A stretch of 46,869 nucleotides of DNA from Candidatus Moraniibacteriota bacterium (GTDB lineage: Bacteria; Patescibacteriota; Minisyncoccia; Moranbacterales; UBA1568): contig JBAXFX010000002.1 in NCBI GenBank assembly GCA_037139695.1, forward strand, positions 1 to 46,869, read 5' to 3'. Under the pieces are notes generated by a model. That model had not been told where the DNA came from, did not search any database, and saw only the letters and a program-made list of their open reading frames with translations. Position numbers and translations under genes: made by a program. Within the stretch, counting starts at the first letter, position 1. Each line of letters starts with the position of its first letter. Shown here one piece after another: positions 24,558-32,434 of the stretch.

Positions 24558-25253
24558 TCATTTCAAGAGTCTCGGAGCGGAAGAAAATCCTCCAGTCTTC
24601 GGTCCGGAAGAAAGTGGTTTCATGGAGGTTCCCGTGGTCGGCAAAGAAGAGCTTATCGGCTTGGGGCCGGACTGCCGTTGTGGTGACTGATTCGGATGAT
24701 GCGATACGTAGGACTTTCCGAAGGACTGTTCGGCCACCTGCCGATTCTGAACGGAAGGGGACGCCGAGAACGGAACCAGGCCTTTCATCGGAGCAGAGGC
24801 TTGAGATGATACTTGTCGATCTTTCGCGCTATTCGATCCCGTCACATATTTCCCAGTCCGATGTGCCTTGTAAATCTCCCGCATCTGCTGACGCTTGAAT
24901 GACGCGGTTGATTTCGATGTCTTGAGCATCGATTTCTCGGTCCTGATGGCTTCCGACCGAGTCAACTCCCCTCTCTCCTCCATTTTCTTGATAATACCGG
25001 TAGCATCCTTCTCGGTCAGCCCGAAGAAATCCCCTGTTCTTGAATGAAGCTTGCCACCACCCGCCTCATAGAGTTCTTTTCCGAGCTTCATCCGTTCGGA
25101 ATATTTGAGAGTGGCTGCCAATTCGGGAGTCTTTTTCAGGAACGCGTCCGCGACACGGTATTCTTTCCCGTTTTTTCCAAGATTTTTTACATCCTTCCAC
25201 TGAAGGATCGTCCCGTCCCGATTCGGTCTTTTCCCGAGAACGTATACGCTCAT
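24558..25253 (-). CDS. hypothetical protein with disordered Ser/Pro/Gln-rich C-terminus
   Basis: 231-aa ORF with backbone-like composition. No motif recognised. Confidence 0.55.
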   Translation of the reverse strand: MSVYVLGKRPNRDGTILQWKDVKNLGKNGKEYRVADAFLKKTPELAATLKYSERMKLGKELYEAGGGKLHSRTGDFFGLTEKDATGIIKKMEERGELTRSEAIRTEKSMLKTSKSTASFKRQQMREIYKAHRTGKYVTGSNSAKDRQVSSQASAPMKGLVPFSASPSVQNRQVAEQSFGKSYVSHHPNQSPQRQSGPKPISSSLPTTGTSMKPLSSGPKTGGFSSAPRLLK

Positions 25254-25271
25254 AAGGTATATACGGTATGG

Positions 25272-25748
25272 TTATCCGAACAGCCTGTCCATAATAGTCC
25301 TCGGCTTGGCGGCCGAAGCACCCGCCTCTTCTGTTTCGATAGTCTCGACATCCGCGGCTTCCATCTCATGGACGGGCTTCGGCTCTTTCACGAGCTCCGG
25401 CTCCTTCTCTTTTTCTTCGGGCGTTTCCGGATAGGTGAAGTATTTCGGATCGCGGTTTTCCGTCAATAACGCATCGGCGATGCGTTCGACACTCCCCTTC
25501 GAAAGCCGGGAATTCTTCTCGGCATAGAGTTCGCCGAGGACGGCGCGAAGCGTGTCTGAATCGAGTTTCCCACGTTCGCCGACATGCGATCGGATGCTCT
25601 CGAAAAACGCTTCCTGTCTCGGCTTGTCGAGCAGGACGGAGGCGATTTTCGGATTCTTCATGAGCTCGACCATCGCGGGACTGGTCGAACATTTTTTCGA
25701 CGGGCTCCCCTGGAAGAATTCCTTGTCGAGAATGACCGTATTCCTCAT
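25272..25748 (-). CDS. hypothetical protein with acidic C-terminus
   Basis: 158-aa ORF on the same strand and closely spaced with its neighbours. Confidence 0.55.
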   Translation of the reverse strand: MRNTVILDKEFFQGSPSKKCSTSPAMVELMKNPKIASVLLDKPRQEAFFESIRSHVGERGKLDSDTLRAVLGELYAEKNSRLSKGSVERIADALLTENRDPKYFTYPETPEEKEKEPELVKEPKPVHEMEAADVETIETEEAGASAAKPRTIMDRLFG

Positions 25749-25801
25749 ATATGATTATTCCGAATGATTATGGGATTTTGACGCGTGCCCGGAGACGGCC
25801 G

Positions 25802-27157
25802 TTACAGCCAGTTCAGAGGATTATCGCTCTTTCCAATCGGGATGGAGACGCCTTTTACGCTCGAGGAGTTGACAACCTGGAACGAATCGGTGGAGAAGAC
25901 GGAAAAATGAAGATGCGAGGCAGTCGAAAATCCGGTATTTCCCATAAGACCGATCTTATCGCCTCGCTTAATAGTCTGCCCTTTCTTCACGGTCTGGGAC
26001 GAGAGGTGTCCATAGAGAGTCGTAACATCCCCATGGTCGATCGCGATCCATTTTCCGTAGGCGTAATTCCCACAGTTTCCGACACCGACCACCTTGCCGG
26101 CGGCGGCGGCAAAGATCGGCGTCCCGACTTTGTTTCCGAAGTCGAACCCATTGTGTCCGAGCGGCTTCCCATCGCTGTCCGTCCCATACGGATAGTGGCC
26201 GTTTATCTTGGTTTTCGCGAAGCTGGTCAGCCCGTATCCCTGAGTGATGATGTGGTCTGATACCGGATAGGCGAGGTAGCCCTTGTCCGCCGACGGAAAG
26301 GTACCGTCCATCAGACCGGCTTCCAAGGCGCCGATTTCGTCCGCGATCTGTGCCCGCTGCTGTTGCAATGAATCCACGAGTGACGAGTACCGTGTCTGCT
26401 CGTTCTGCGTTTTCACGAGAAGCGCCGCTTTGTTCGTTTGTGCCGTTTTCAGCTCATCGTTCTTCTGTCCGAGTTGCGCCTTTAACGTATCGACTTCGCC
26501 TTTCTTTTGCACGAGCACCTGTTGCTCCCCTTCCAGGGCCTTTTTCGTTGTCGCCATATCCTGCAAGATGCCGGTAATCCGCGCATTGGTCTCACTCATC
26601 CAGTCGTCGCGATTCATGAGAAAGTCGAGATCATTCCCTGTCGAGGCAAGGAGGATCGCAGAGCCGTCGTCTACGAGAGAAGAGGAAGTTCGTATAAGTT
26701 CGGAAAGAATCTGACGCTCCTGTATTATGATGCGCTCCTTCTCCGTGATGTTCGTTTGGACATCCTGGAGCCCCTGCGAAAGGTCTGCTACTTGCTGTTC
26801 CGTTTGGCGAATCTCGATCTCGAGCTTTGCCGCCTGAGCAGTAAGCACGTCGAGCTGGTCGGAGAGCGTCGCCCCCTGGACCTTTTTCAGATCGACGATT
26901 TTCTGATAGGCTTTGATCTTGGCCTTGATTTCGTCGAGTTGATTCTGCCGGTCATCGATAGCCTGTTGTTGGTCGGCACTAAGGTTGACGATACTGTCAC
27001 CGTGCGCACGCGAAACAAAAACAGATCCGGTGGTGATGATGCACCCGATAATGCCGAGACTGAAAAGATGCCTTGATTTTCGTTTTGAGGTTTTCACCCC
27101 GGAATTATAGCATGAATCCGGAGCGGAGGTAAGCAGACGGTCGATCGTAGCCTTCAA
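25802..27157 (-). CDS. M23 family metallopeptidase with N-terminal coiled coil (EnvC-like)
   Basis: A long coiled coil precedes HNGFDFG...GTPIFAAAAGKV...GNTGFSTASHLHFSV. The start codon is uncertain (TTG 27157 or GTG 27097). Confidence 0.8.
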   Translation of the reverse strand: MKATIDRLLTSAPDSCYNSGVKTSKRKSRHLFSLGIIGCIITTGSVFVSRAHGDSIVNLSADQQQAIDDRQNQLDEIKAKIKAYQKIVDLKKVQGATLSDQLDVLTAQAAKLEIEIRQTEQQVADLSQGLQDVQTNITEKERIIIQERQILSELIRTSSSLVDDGSAILLASTGNDLDFLMNRDDWMSETNARITGILQDMATTKKALEGEQQVLVQKKGEVDTLKAQLGQKNDELKTAQTNKAALLVKTQNEQTRYSSLVDSLQQQRAQIADEIGALEAGLMDGTFPSADKGYLAYPVSDHIITQGYGLTSFAKTKINGHYPYGTDSDGKPLGHNGFDFGNKVGTPIFAAAAGKVVGVGNCGNYAYGKWIAIDHGDVTTLYGHLSSQTVKKGQTIKRGDKIGLMGNTGFSTASHLHFSVFSTDSFQVVNSSSVKGVSIPIGKSDNPLNWL

Positions 27158-27165
27158 CTTGAAAA

Positions 27166-27197
27166 GCTAGGCCTCCGATCGGAGGCCTAGCTTTTTT
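27166..27197 (-). terminator. intrinsic terminator (26-bp perfect palindrome flanked by A- and T-runs)
   Basis: AAAA-GCTAGGCCTCCGATCGGAGGCCTAGC-TTTTTT. Confidence 0.7.
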
Positions 27198-27232
27198 AAC
27201 CAAACGGTGTTTACGTTGATGTGGTATCAGTA

Positions 27233-27628
27233 TCAGTTCATGAAATCCCGATCACGGGAAAGTCGGGCCTTCCAAGCCATGAAATTGGTATACAGGAACA
27301 GGATGATCATGATGACGAGAAGCGAGACGCGCCGATCCTGCTCAATGGCGACGTTTCGGGCAAATAGGTATGTCGCGGGAAACGCGACAAGCGGGAAGAG
27401 GACATCGGATATCCGGTTCCGGACGCTTTCGACGATCCCTTGACGGTATTCGAACAGTTCCCATAAGAGGGCGAGTGCGAGAGTCGAAAGAAAGGCGGTC
27501 CCGGCGGTGATTGAAAAGACGATCGCGACCAGAGCCGTCACCGCACCGAACAAAAAATGCGGGATTGACCAGAAATCGACCAGGTCTTTCAGGAAAGGAA
27601 GTGTTTTTCTCTTCATGCTTCGTGTCAT
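27233..27628 (-). CDS. small integral membrane protein
   Basis: 131 aa with four hydrophobic helices. Confidence 0.6.
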   Translation of the reverse strand: MTRSMKRKTLPFLKDLVDFWSIPHFLFGAVTALVAIVFSITAGTAFLSTLALALLWELFEYRQGIVESVRNRISDVLFPLVAFPATYLFARNVAIEQDRRVSLLVIMIILFLYTNFMAWKARLSRDRDFMN

Positions 27629-27663
27629 TCTTTTTTTGATTCAGACTCGAGCGCTTGTCTGTC

Positions 27664-29205
27664 TTATCCTATGGCGCCAAGTGCCGACTCTATCCTGCTT
27701 CGGGTCGCGTCCTTGCCGATGACCCAGGCAATGTCTTGGGGTGGTGGCGACTGTTTGGCGCCGGAAAGTGCGACGCGGAGTGGCCAGAGGAAATCGCCAC
27801 GTTTCTCACCGGCTGCCTCGAGAAGGATTTCACCAAGCCGTTCACGAGTCCAGTCCGCGTCGGATACTCCTTCGAGCAACACCCTCGCTTTCCCGAGGAC
27901 CTCGCGGGTCGCTTCGGAAGTATTCCCCTTCCATGGAAGTAGCGCCGGATCGATGACGGGATCGACGAAGAGGAACGGATGCTCGTCTCCGATGCCGGCA
28001 AGTGTCGTGAGTCGCTCCTGGCCGACAGCGACGACGCGCCGTATATATTCGTCCGTCTTTCGCTCGTCCGCTGCGCCGATACAGAAATCCTTGCCAAGAA
28101 GGAACGGCTTGACCTGCTTGGTCAGTTCATCGACGGATAACACCTTGATATACTGCGCGTTCAGCCAGTCAAGCTTGCGTATGTCAAACACGGCACCGGA
28201 CTTATTGACTTGCGAAAAATCGAATGCATCGGACAACTCGGACAGCGTGAAGATCTCCTTTGTGCTCCCCTGCCCAGGATTCCACCCGAGCAACGCGACG
28301 AAGTTGATGAGTGCCTCGGGCAGATACCCCTTCGCGAGATAGTCCTCGACGGCGACATCGCCCTGGCGCTTGGAAAGCTTGCTCTTGTCGGGATTGAGGA
28401 GGAGTGGGAGGTGAGCGAAGATCGGTATATCCCACCCGAACGCCTCGTACAAAAGAACGTGCTTCGGTGTGCTCGGGAGCCACTCCTCACCACGGATGAC
28501 GTGTGTCACTTCCATAAGCCTATCGTCCACGACGCTTGCGAGGTGATAGGTCGGGTACCCGTCGGTCTTCACGAGAATCTGATCATCGACATTTTTCGCA
28601 TTGATACGCACGTCGCCACGTACGAGATCATGGAATACGATGTCACCACGGTCCTCCGGCACATTGAGCCGTATGACGGACGGTTCGCCGGCAGTCATAC
28701 GCCGTGCGACTTCCTCGTCGGACAGGGAGAGGCAGAGCTTGTCGTACTTCGGCGCCTCGTGATCTACCGTCTGCTTCTCACGCAATATGTCGAGCCGTTC
28801 ACGGGAACAGAAACAGCGGTATGCATGTTTTGATTCGACGAGCTGTTCAGCGTACTCGGCGTAGATCGGCAGGCGCTCGGACTGGATATACGGACCGTGT
28901 GACCCGACCTCGGACACGCCCGGATAGGTTTCCGAGTGACGGGATGCCTCACGCGCCGATGCGTGCGGATCGTCCAGGAGAAAGACGCCCTCGTCCGGAA
29001 CGACCGACATACCCTCGAGACTCCGCACCAGTCCCTCAAGCGCGCCCGAAACGAAACGGTCCCGGTCCGTGTCCTCGATTCGAAGGATGAACGTGCCCGC
29101 GTTTCTTTTCGCGAAGAGGTAGTTATAGAGCGCCGTGCGGAGACCGCCGACATGCAGTGAGCCGGTCGGCGACGGGGCGAATCGGACTCGGATGGGGCTT
29201 ATCAT
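27664..29205 (-). CDS. gltX: glutamate--tRNA ligase
   Basis: RFAPSPTGSLHVGG (HIGH region) and KLSKRQG (KMSKS region), with GltX-like overall layout. Confidence 0.9.
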   Translation of the reverse strand: MISPIRVRFAPSPTGSLHVGGLRTALYNYLFAKRNAGTFILRIEDTDRDRFVSGALEGLVRSLEGMSVVPDEGVFLLDDPHASAREASRHSETYPGVSEVGSHGPYIQSERLPIYAEYAEQLVESKHAYRCFCSRERLDILREKQTVDHEAPKYDKLCLSLSDEEVARRMTAGEPSVIRLNVPEDRGDIVFHDLVRGDVRINAKNVDDQILVKTDGYPTYHLASVVDDRLMEVTHVIRGEEWLPSTPKHVLLYEAFGWDIPIFAHLPLLLNPDKSKLSKRQGDVAVEDYLAKGYLPEALINFVALLGWNPGQGSTKEIFTLSELSDAFDFSQVNKSGAVFDIRKLDWLNAQYIKVLSVDELTKQVKPFLLGKDFCIGAADERKTDEYIRRVVAVGQERLTTLAGIGDEHPFLFVDPVIDPALLPWKGNTSEATREVLGKARVLLEGVSDADWTRERLGEILLEAAGEKRGDFLWPLRVALSGAKQSPPPQDIAWVIGKDATRSRIESALGAIG

Positions 29206-29289
29206 AAAACAAGATAACAGAGAGCGATTAACAGGGAACGACAGACAGATTACAGTGAACAGATAACAGTATACGATTAACTAAAAACT

Positions 29290-30063
29290 TTATTCGGGCA
29301 TGTGTTCATGCTCCTTGTTATCTGTTAACTGTTTCCTGTCCTTCATCCTATCAGAAAGGCATAAAAAAGGGAAAACAACGGTCGAAGTCCATATCCGACC
29401 GACACGGGAAGGCTGTATCACGAGCCGGAACAGCCATTCAAGCCCGAGCGAGCGCATCCACCTGGGTGCCCGTTTCCTCTTACCGGTCAGGAAATCGAAT
29501 GACCCGCCCACACCCATGACGAGCCGGATATTTCCGGGTCGCGCACGGAGCGACTCGACAAAGAGCTCCTGTTCCGGCGCCCCAAAATTGCAGAGTACGA
29601 TCGAGGCATCCCGGACTCCTTCCGGAACCGTATCGGATTCCGGATCGATATCCGCGCCATCGAGAACGATAGTTGGATACGTCGCCATTACGGCTTCACG
29701 AACATCCATATACCAGGAAAGGCCATCTTTCCTGGTTGCAAGAAACACCGAGGCACCGGTGCGTTCGCCTTCCGACAAAATGAAGCGCATCAAATCCGCG
29801 CCCGGATATCTCGAAACGCCAAAGCCCGAGAGAAGCCCCGCCAAAACGATTCCCGATCCGTCCGCAACGCGTATATCGGCCGAACGCAATACGTCCGCGA
29901 ACGCCGTATCGCGATACGCGCACACGAGGAACTCCGGATTGATCGTCGCGATACGAACAAAAGACTCACCGCCAAGACACTCGATGATAACCCGTTCCAG
30001 CTCGACTTGAGAGCGGCTATCAATCGGAATTCCTAATACTTCGTTCCGAGATCTTTCGCTCAT
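29290..30063 (-). CDS. WecG/TagA/CpsF-family glycosyltransferase
   Basis: GVGGSFDFLTGKRKRAPRWMRSLGLEWLFRLVIQPSR is characteristic of this family. Confidence 0.8.
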   Translation of the reverse strand: MSERSRNEVLGIPIDSRSQVELERVIIECLGGESFVRIATINPEFLVCAYRDTAFADVLRSADIRVADGSGIVLAGLLSGFGVSRYPGADLMRFILSEGERTGASVFLATRKDGLSWYMDVREAVMATYPTIVLDGADIDPESDTVPEGVRDASIVLCNFGAPEQELFVESLRARPGNIRLVMGVGGSFDFLTGKRKRAPRWMRSLGLEWLFRLVIQPSRVGRIWTSTVVFPFLCLSDRMKDRKQLTDNKEHEHMPE

Positions 30064-30171
30064 AGTCTCTTGTGGGGCATCTATCGGAATAATGACCTCG
30101 TATCTCTTTCTGTATCCGTATTCGTTTCCGACTCTATGCTGACTGTTTTCATTGTTATCTGTCCTCCGACA

Positions 30172-30723
30172 TCAGCCGAGCGGGAATTCGTCCATCGTCA
30201 GGTACTGTCGCTTCGCCCCGGCGCCGATGCTCTCGTACAGAATAATGGATGAGACTGGTTCCGAAACGGAGACGGGCTGTGGAAATATTGCGTGCTTCTC
30301 TTGTTTAAGCGCGGAAAATTCCTGCCGTTTGACTTTGGCAAGTGTCACATACGGGCGGAAGCGCTTCCCATCCACCGTCTTTCCGGAAAGCTCGCGCTCG
30401 AGTGCGTTCCGAAGCGTCAGAAGCGGTTCGCTCTCCTCGCCGACAAGACGGAGCGACTTCGCCGGACCATCTTCGGGAGCCGTCGTGATGGACAAGAAGG
30501 TGATGTCGAACGGTTCGATCTTGGAACAGACTTCGCTTGCGGCCTCCGCCATCCACACGGCGTTTTCATCCGTCACGAATCCGAGGAACAAGACCGGCAC
30601 GAACAGATTTTCCGGCCGCTCCCAATATACCGGCAAATCACCCCATCTCGCGACGGTCTGCGTAAGCCGGGTCTTTACCTGTCCCGATATCGGGATGCCG
30701 AGATAGAGTTTCCGTTCATCCAT
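30172..30723 (-). CDS. 2H phosphoesterase (ThpR/LigT-like) with both catalytic His substituted
   Basis: Family-like layout. NLFVPVLFLG stands in place of NLHLTLAFLG, and FRPYVTLAK in place of FHPHITLLR. Confidence 0.6.
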   Translation of the reverse strand: MDERKLYLGIPISGQVKTRLTQTVARWGDLPVYWERPENLFVPVLFLGFVTDENAVWMAEAASEVCSKIEPFDITFLSITTAPEDGPAKSLRLVGEESEPLLTLRNALERELSGKTVDGKRFRPYVTLAKVKRQEFSALKQEKHAIFPQPVSVSEPVSSIILYESIGAGAKRQYLTMDEFPLG

Positions 30724-30963
30724 AAGGTCACTGGTACGTATGAAAGAAAGGGTAGCAGGAAAAGGACAAAATGAGCAAGAATAATCTCCTATGGAACGAG
30801 GGATATCGTCTACAAGACGATGAAAAGCTGAGGTTTCTCAAAAGATGGGTCTGACAATCCGAATCAGAATCACTTATGTCACACGCGATGAAGCGAGGTA
30901 TCGCCGCATGGCGAGCAGGATGATCGAGGCAATGATTATTCCGGACGAAATACCGTTCATACT

Positions 30964-31923
30964 CTATTGTGCTGAAAGCGTCGTGCTTCCGTCCGTACGG
31001 AGCTCGATCGGGACATCGCGGAAGGAGATCGCTTTCGATACCGGGTCGACGGTCATGGAAACGAGGAGGCCACGTCTCGTGTCGTCACGCTGGTACTGGT
31101 CGAAAATGAAATTCCCGAGGGAATAGTAGACGGTCTTCCCGGCATAAGTCTCTTTCTCCTGCGCGATATGCGGATGTGAGCCGATAATCGCATCGCATCC
31201 GGCATCGATGAATGCGTGTGCAAGTGCTCGGACATCGTCGCGGACCGGAAGGTATTCCGAGCCCCAGTGCGCATAGAGGATCACAATATCAGACGAAGCT
31301 TTCGCTTTTGCTATATCGTCGAAGGTATGACGTTTTCCATCCGAAGCAAACTCGTCGTAACTCACGAAGGCAATTTTGGTTCCGCGAACATCTTGAATCA
31401 AGATACGATCTTCACTCGTCGGATCACCAAAATATGCGACCTTAGCCTCATTAAGATAGTTCCTGGTCTGTGTGACCCCATCCTCTTCCTGATTCAGGAT
31501 ATGGTTGTTCCCGAGATTCACCGGGCCGATCCCCTCCAGGGCGAGCGTCTTTGCCCAGCTTGGGTCGAAACTGAAGACGTAGTTGTCGTGCGAACCGATC
31601 ACCGAGGTCATGCTGACCGACGGTTGGTCGGTGATCGGCCCCTCAAGATTCGCGACCGTCAGGTCATGCGATTTGAGCTCGTCGCGCACGCCGTCGAAGA
31701 CGAAACCGTTCCCCCGTTTCATCGCCTTCTCCCGTATCCACCGGTCGAACATCATGTCCCCGCCGAAGAGGATCCGGATCGGCGTCGTATACGTTCCCGT
31801 AATCGTCGAAGGGACGGGAGCGGATTCTTTCGCTTGTGGCACGAAATAGGAAATCATGACCGCGATGACGATCAGGAGTACTGCCGACGCGATAACCGGG
31901 ATCGCTATTCGAGGCATATTCAT
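30964..31923 (-). CDS. CapA/PGA_cap family metallophosphatase-like protein
   Basis: GGDMMFDR, NLEGPIT, NLGNNHILN, HWGSEY and IGSHPHI motifs. The start at ATG 31923 overlaps the upstream stop (ATGA). Confidence 0.8.
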   Translation of the reverse strand: MNMPRIAIPVIASAVLLIVIAVMISYFVPQAKESAPVPSTITGTYTTPIRILFGGDMMFDRWIREKAMKRGNGFVFDGVRDELKSHDLTVANLEGPITDQPSVSMTSVIGSHDNYVFSFDPSWAKTLALEGIGPVNLGNNHILNQEEDGVTQTRNYLNEAKVAYFGDPTSEDRILIQDVRGTKIAFVSYDEFASDGKRHTFDDIAKAKASSDIVILYAHWGSEYLPVRDDVRALAHAFIDAGCDAIIGSHPHIAQEKETYAGKTVYYSLGNFIFDQYQRDDTRRGLLVSMTVDPVSKAISFRDVPIELRTDGSTTLSAQ

Positions 31924-32213
31924 ACTCCCTGTATCATGAGCATATATGCAAGATACAGAAATGTGAGGTTTTGCAACATCAAAAGAGGTATGCCGACGAT
32001 GAAATACCACTTCCGCGTCTTGTGCCGGAAGACGAACATCCCCACATAGACACCGACACTCCCGAACGCGGTCGCCAAAAAAAAGAGCATCCCTTCCGAT
32101 ATCCGTTCCGCTCCGTTTGTACGCGACTTGTTCTTGTCGACGAGCATCGCCAAAAACGCCCCAAGATTGATAAGTATGAACAGGATAATGAGTACAGTTG
32201 GTACGTCGGTCAT
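31920..32213 (-). CDS. DUF1294 membrane protein
   Basis: The 97-aa product has the pattern LVDKNKSRTNGAERISEGMLFFLATAFGSVGVYVGMFVFRHKTRK. Confidence 0.7.
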   Translation of the reverse strand: MTDVPTVLIILFILINLGAFLAMLVDKNKSRTNGAERISEGMLFFLATAFGSVGVYVGMFVFRHKTRKWYFIVGIPLLMLQNLTFLYLAYMLMIQGV

Positions 32214-32373
32214 ATTTCTTTATTTACAATATTCTCATTTTCCCACTTCAGTCGGAAAAATACCAGCATTCGGACAAAACAAGCCAAAAAACGGCTTATA
32301 AATAGATTCCTTCGAGTGTTTGTATATTGATCCTCTTCTTATATTGTATCAGGTATACTCTTTTCCATTCGCT

Positions 32374-32402
32374 TTGTCTTTCGGTATATTTTCGTATATA
32401 AT
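32374..32402 (+). promoter_or_regulatory. promoter of the LexA-methyltransferase gene with overlapping GTATAT repeats
   Basis: TTGTCT (32374-32379), a 17-nt spacer and TATAAT (32397-32402). GTATAT motifs at 32384 and 32394 lie inside the spacer and -10. Further GTAT(A/C) copies occur at 32322, 32346 and 32353. Confidence 0.5.
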
Positions 32403-32434
32403 AAGATTGCAGCAAAATTACATGAGTCAATAAT

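Noticed and set aside
23851-24686. Plus-strand ORFs translate a repeated WYLMYP peptide, and minus-strand ORFs give GTSGTT, GYIRYH and VHQVPP.
   Set aside because: The conservation is at the nucleotide level and includes third positions. The repeats fall in different ORFs that are broken by stops. No start or RBS pattern recurs. A non-coding repeat is the simpler explanation.
29213-29281. The GATAACAG repeats might be DnaA boxes and so mark a replication origin.
   Set aside because: Only the TTATC part matches TTATCCACA. There is no adjacent dnaA or dnaN and no AT-rich unwinding element.
30874-30960. A 28-aa hydrophobic ORF (MNGISSGIIIASIILLAMRRYLASSRVT) starts 4 nt after the capA-like stop.
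   Set aside because: It is plausible as a coupled micro-protein but is too short to support without conservation data, so it is not listed as a feature.
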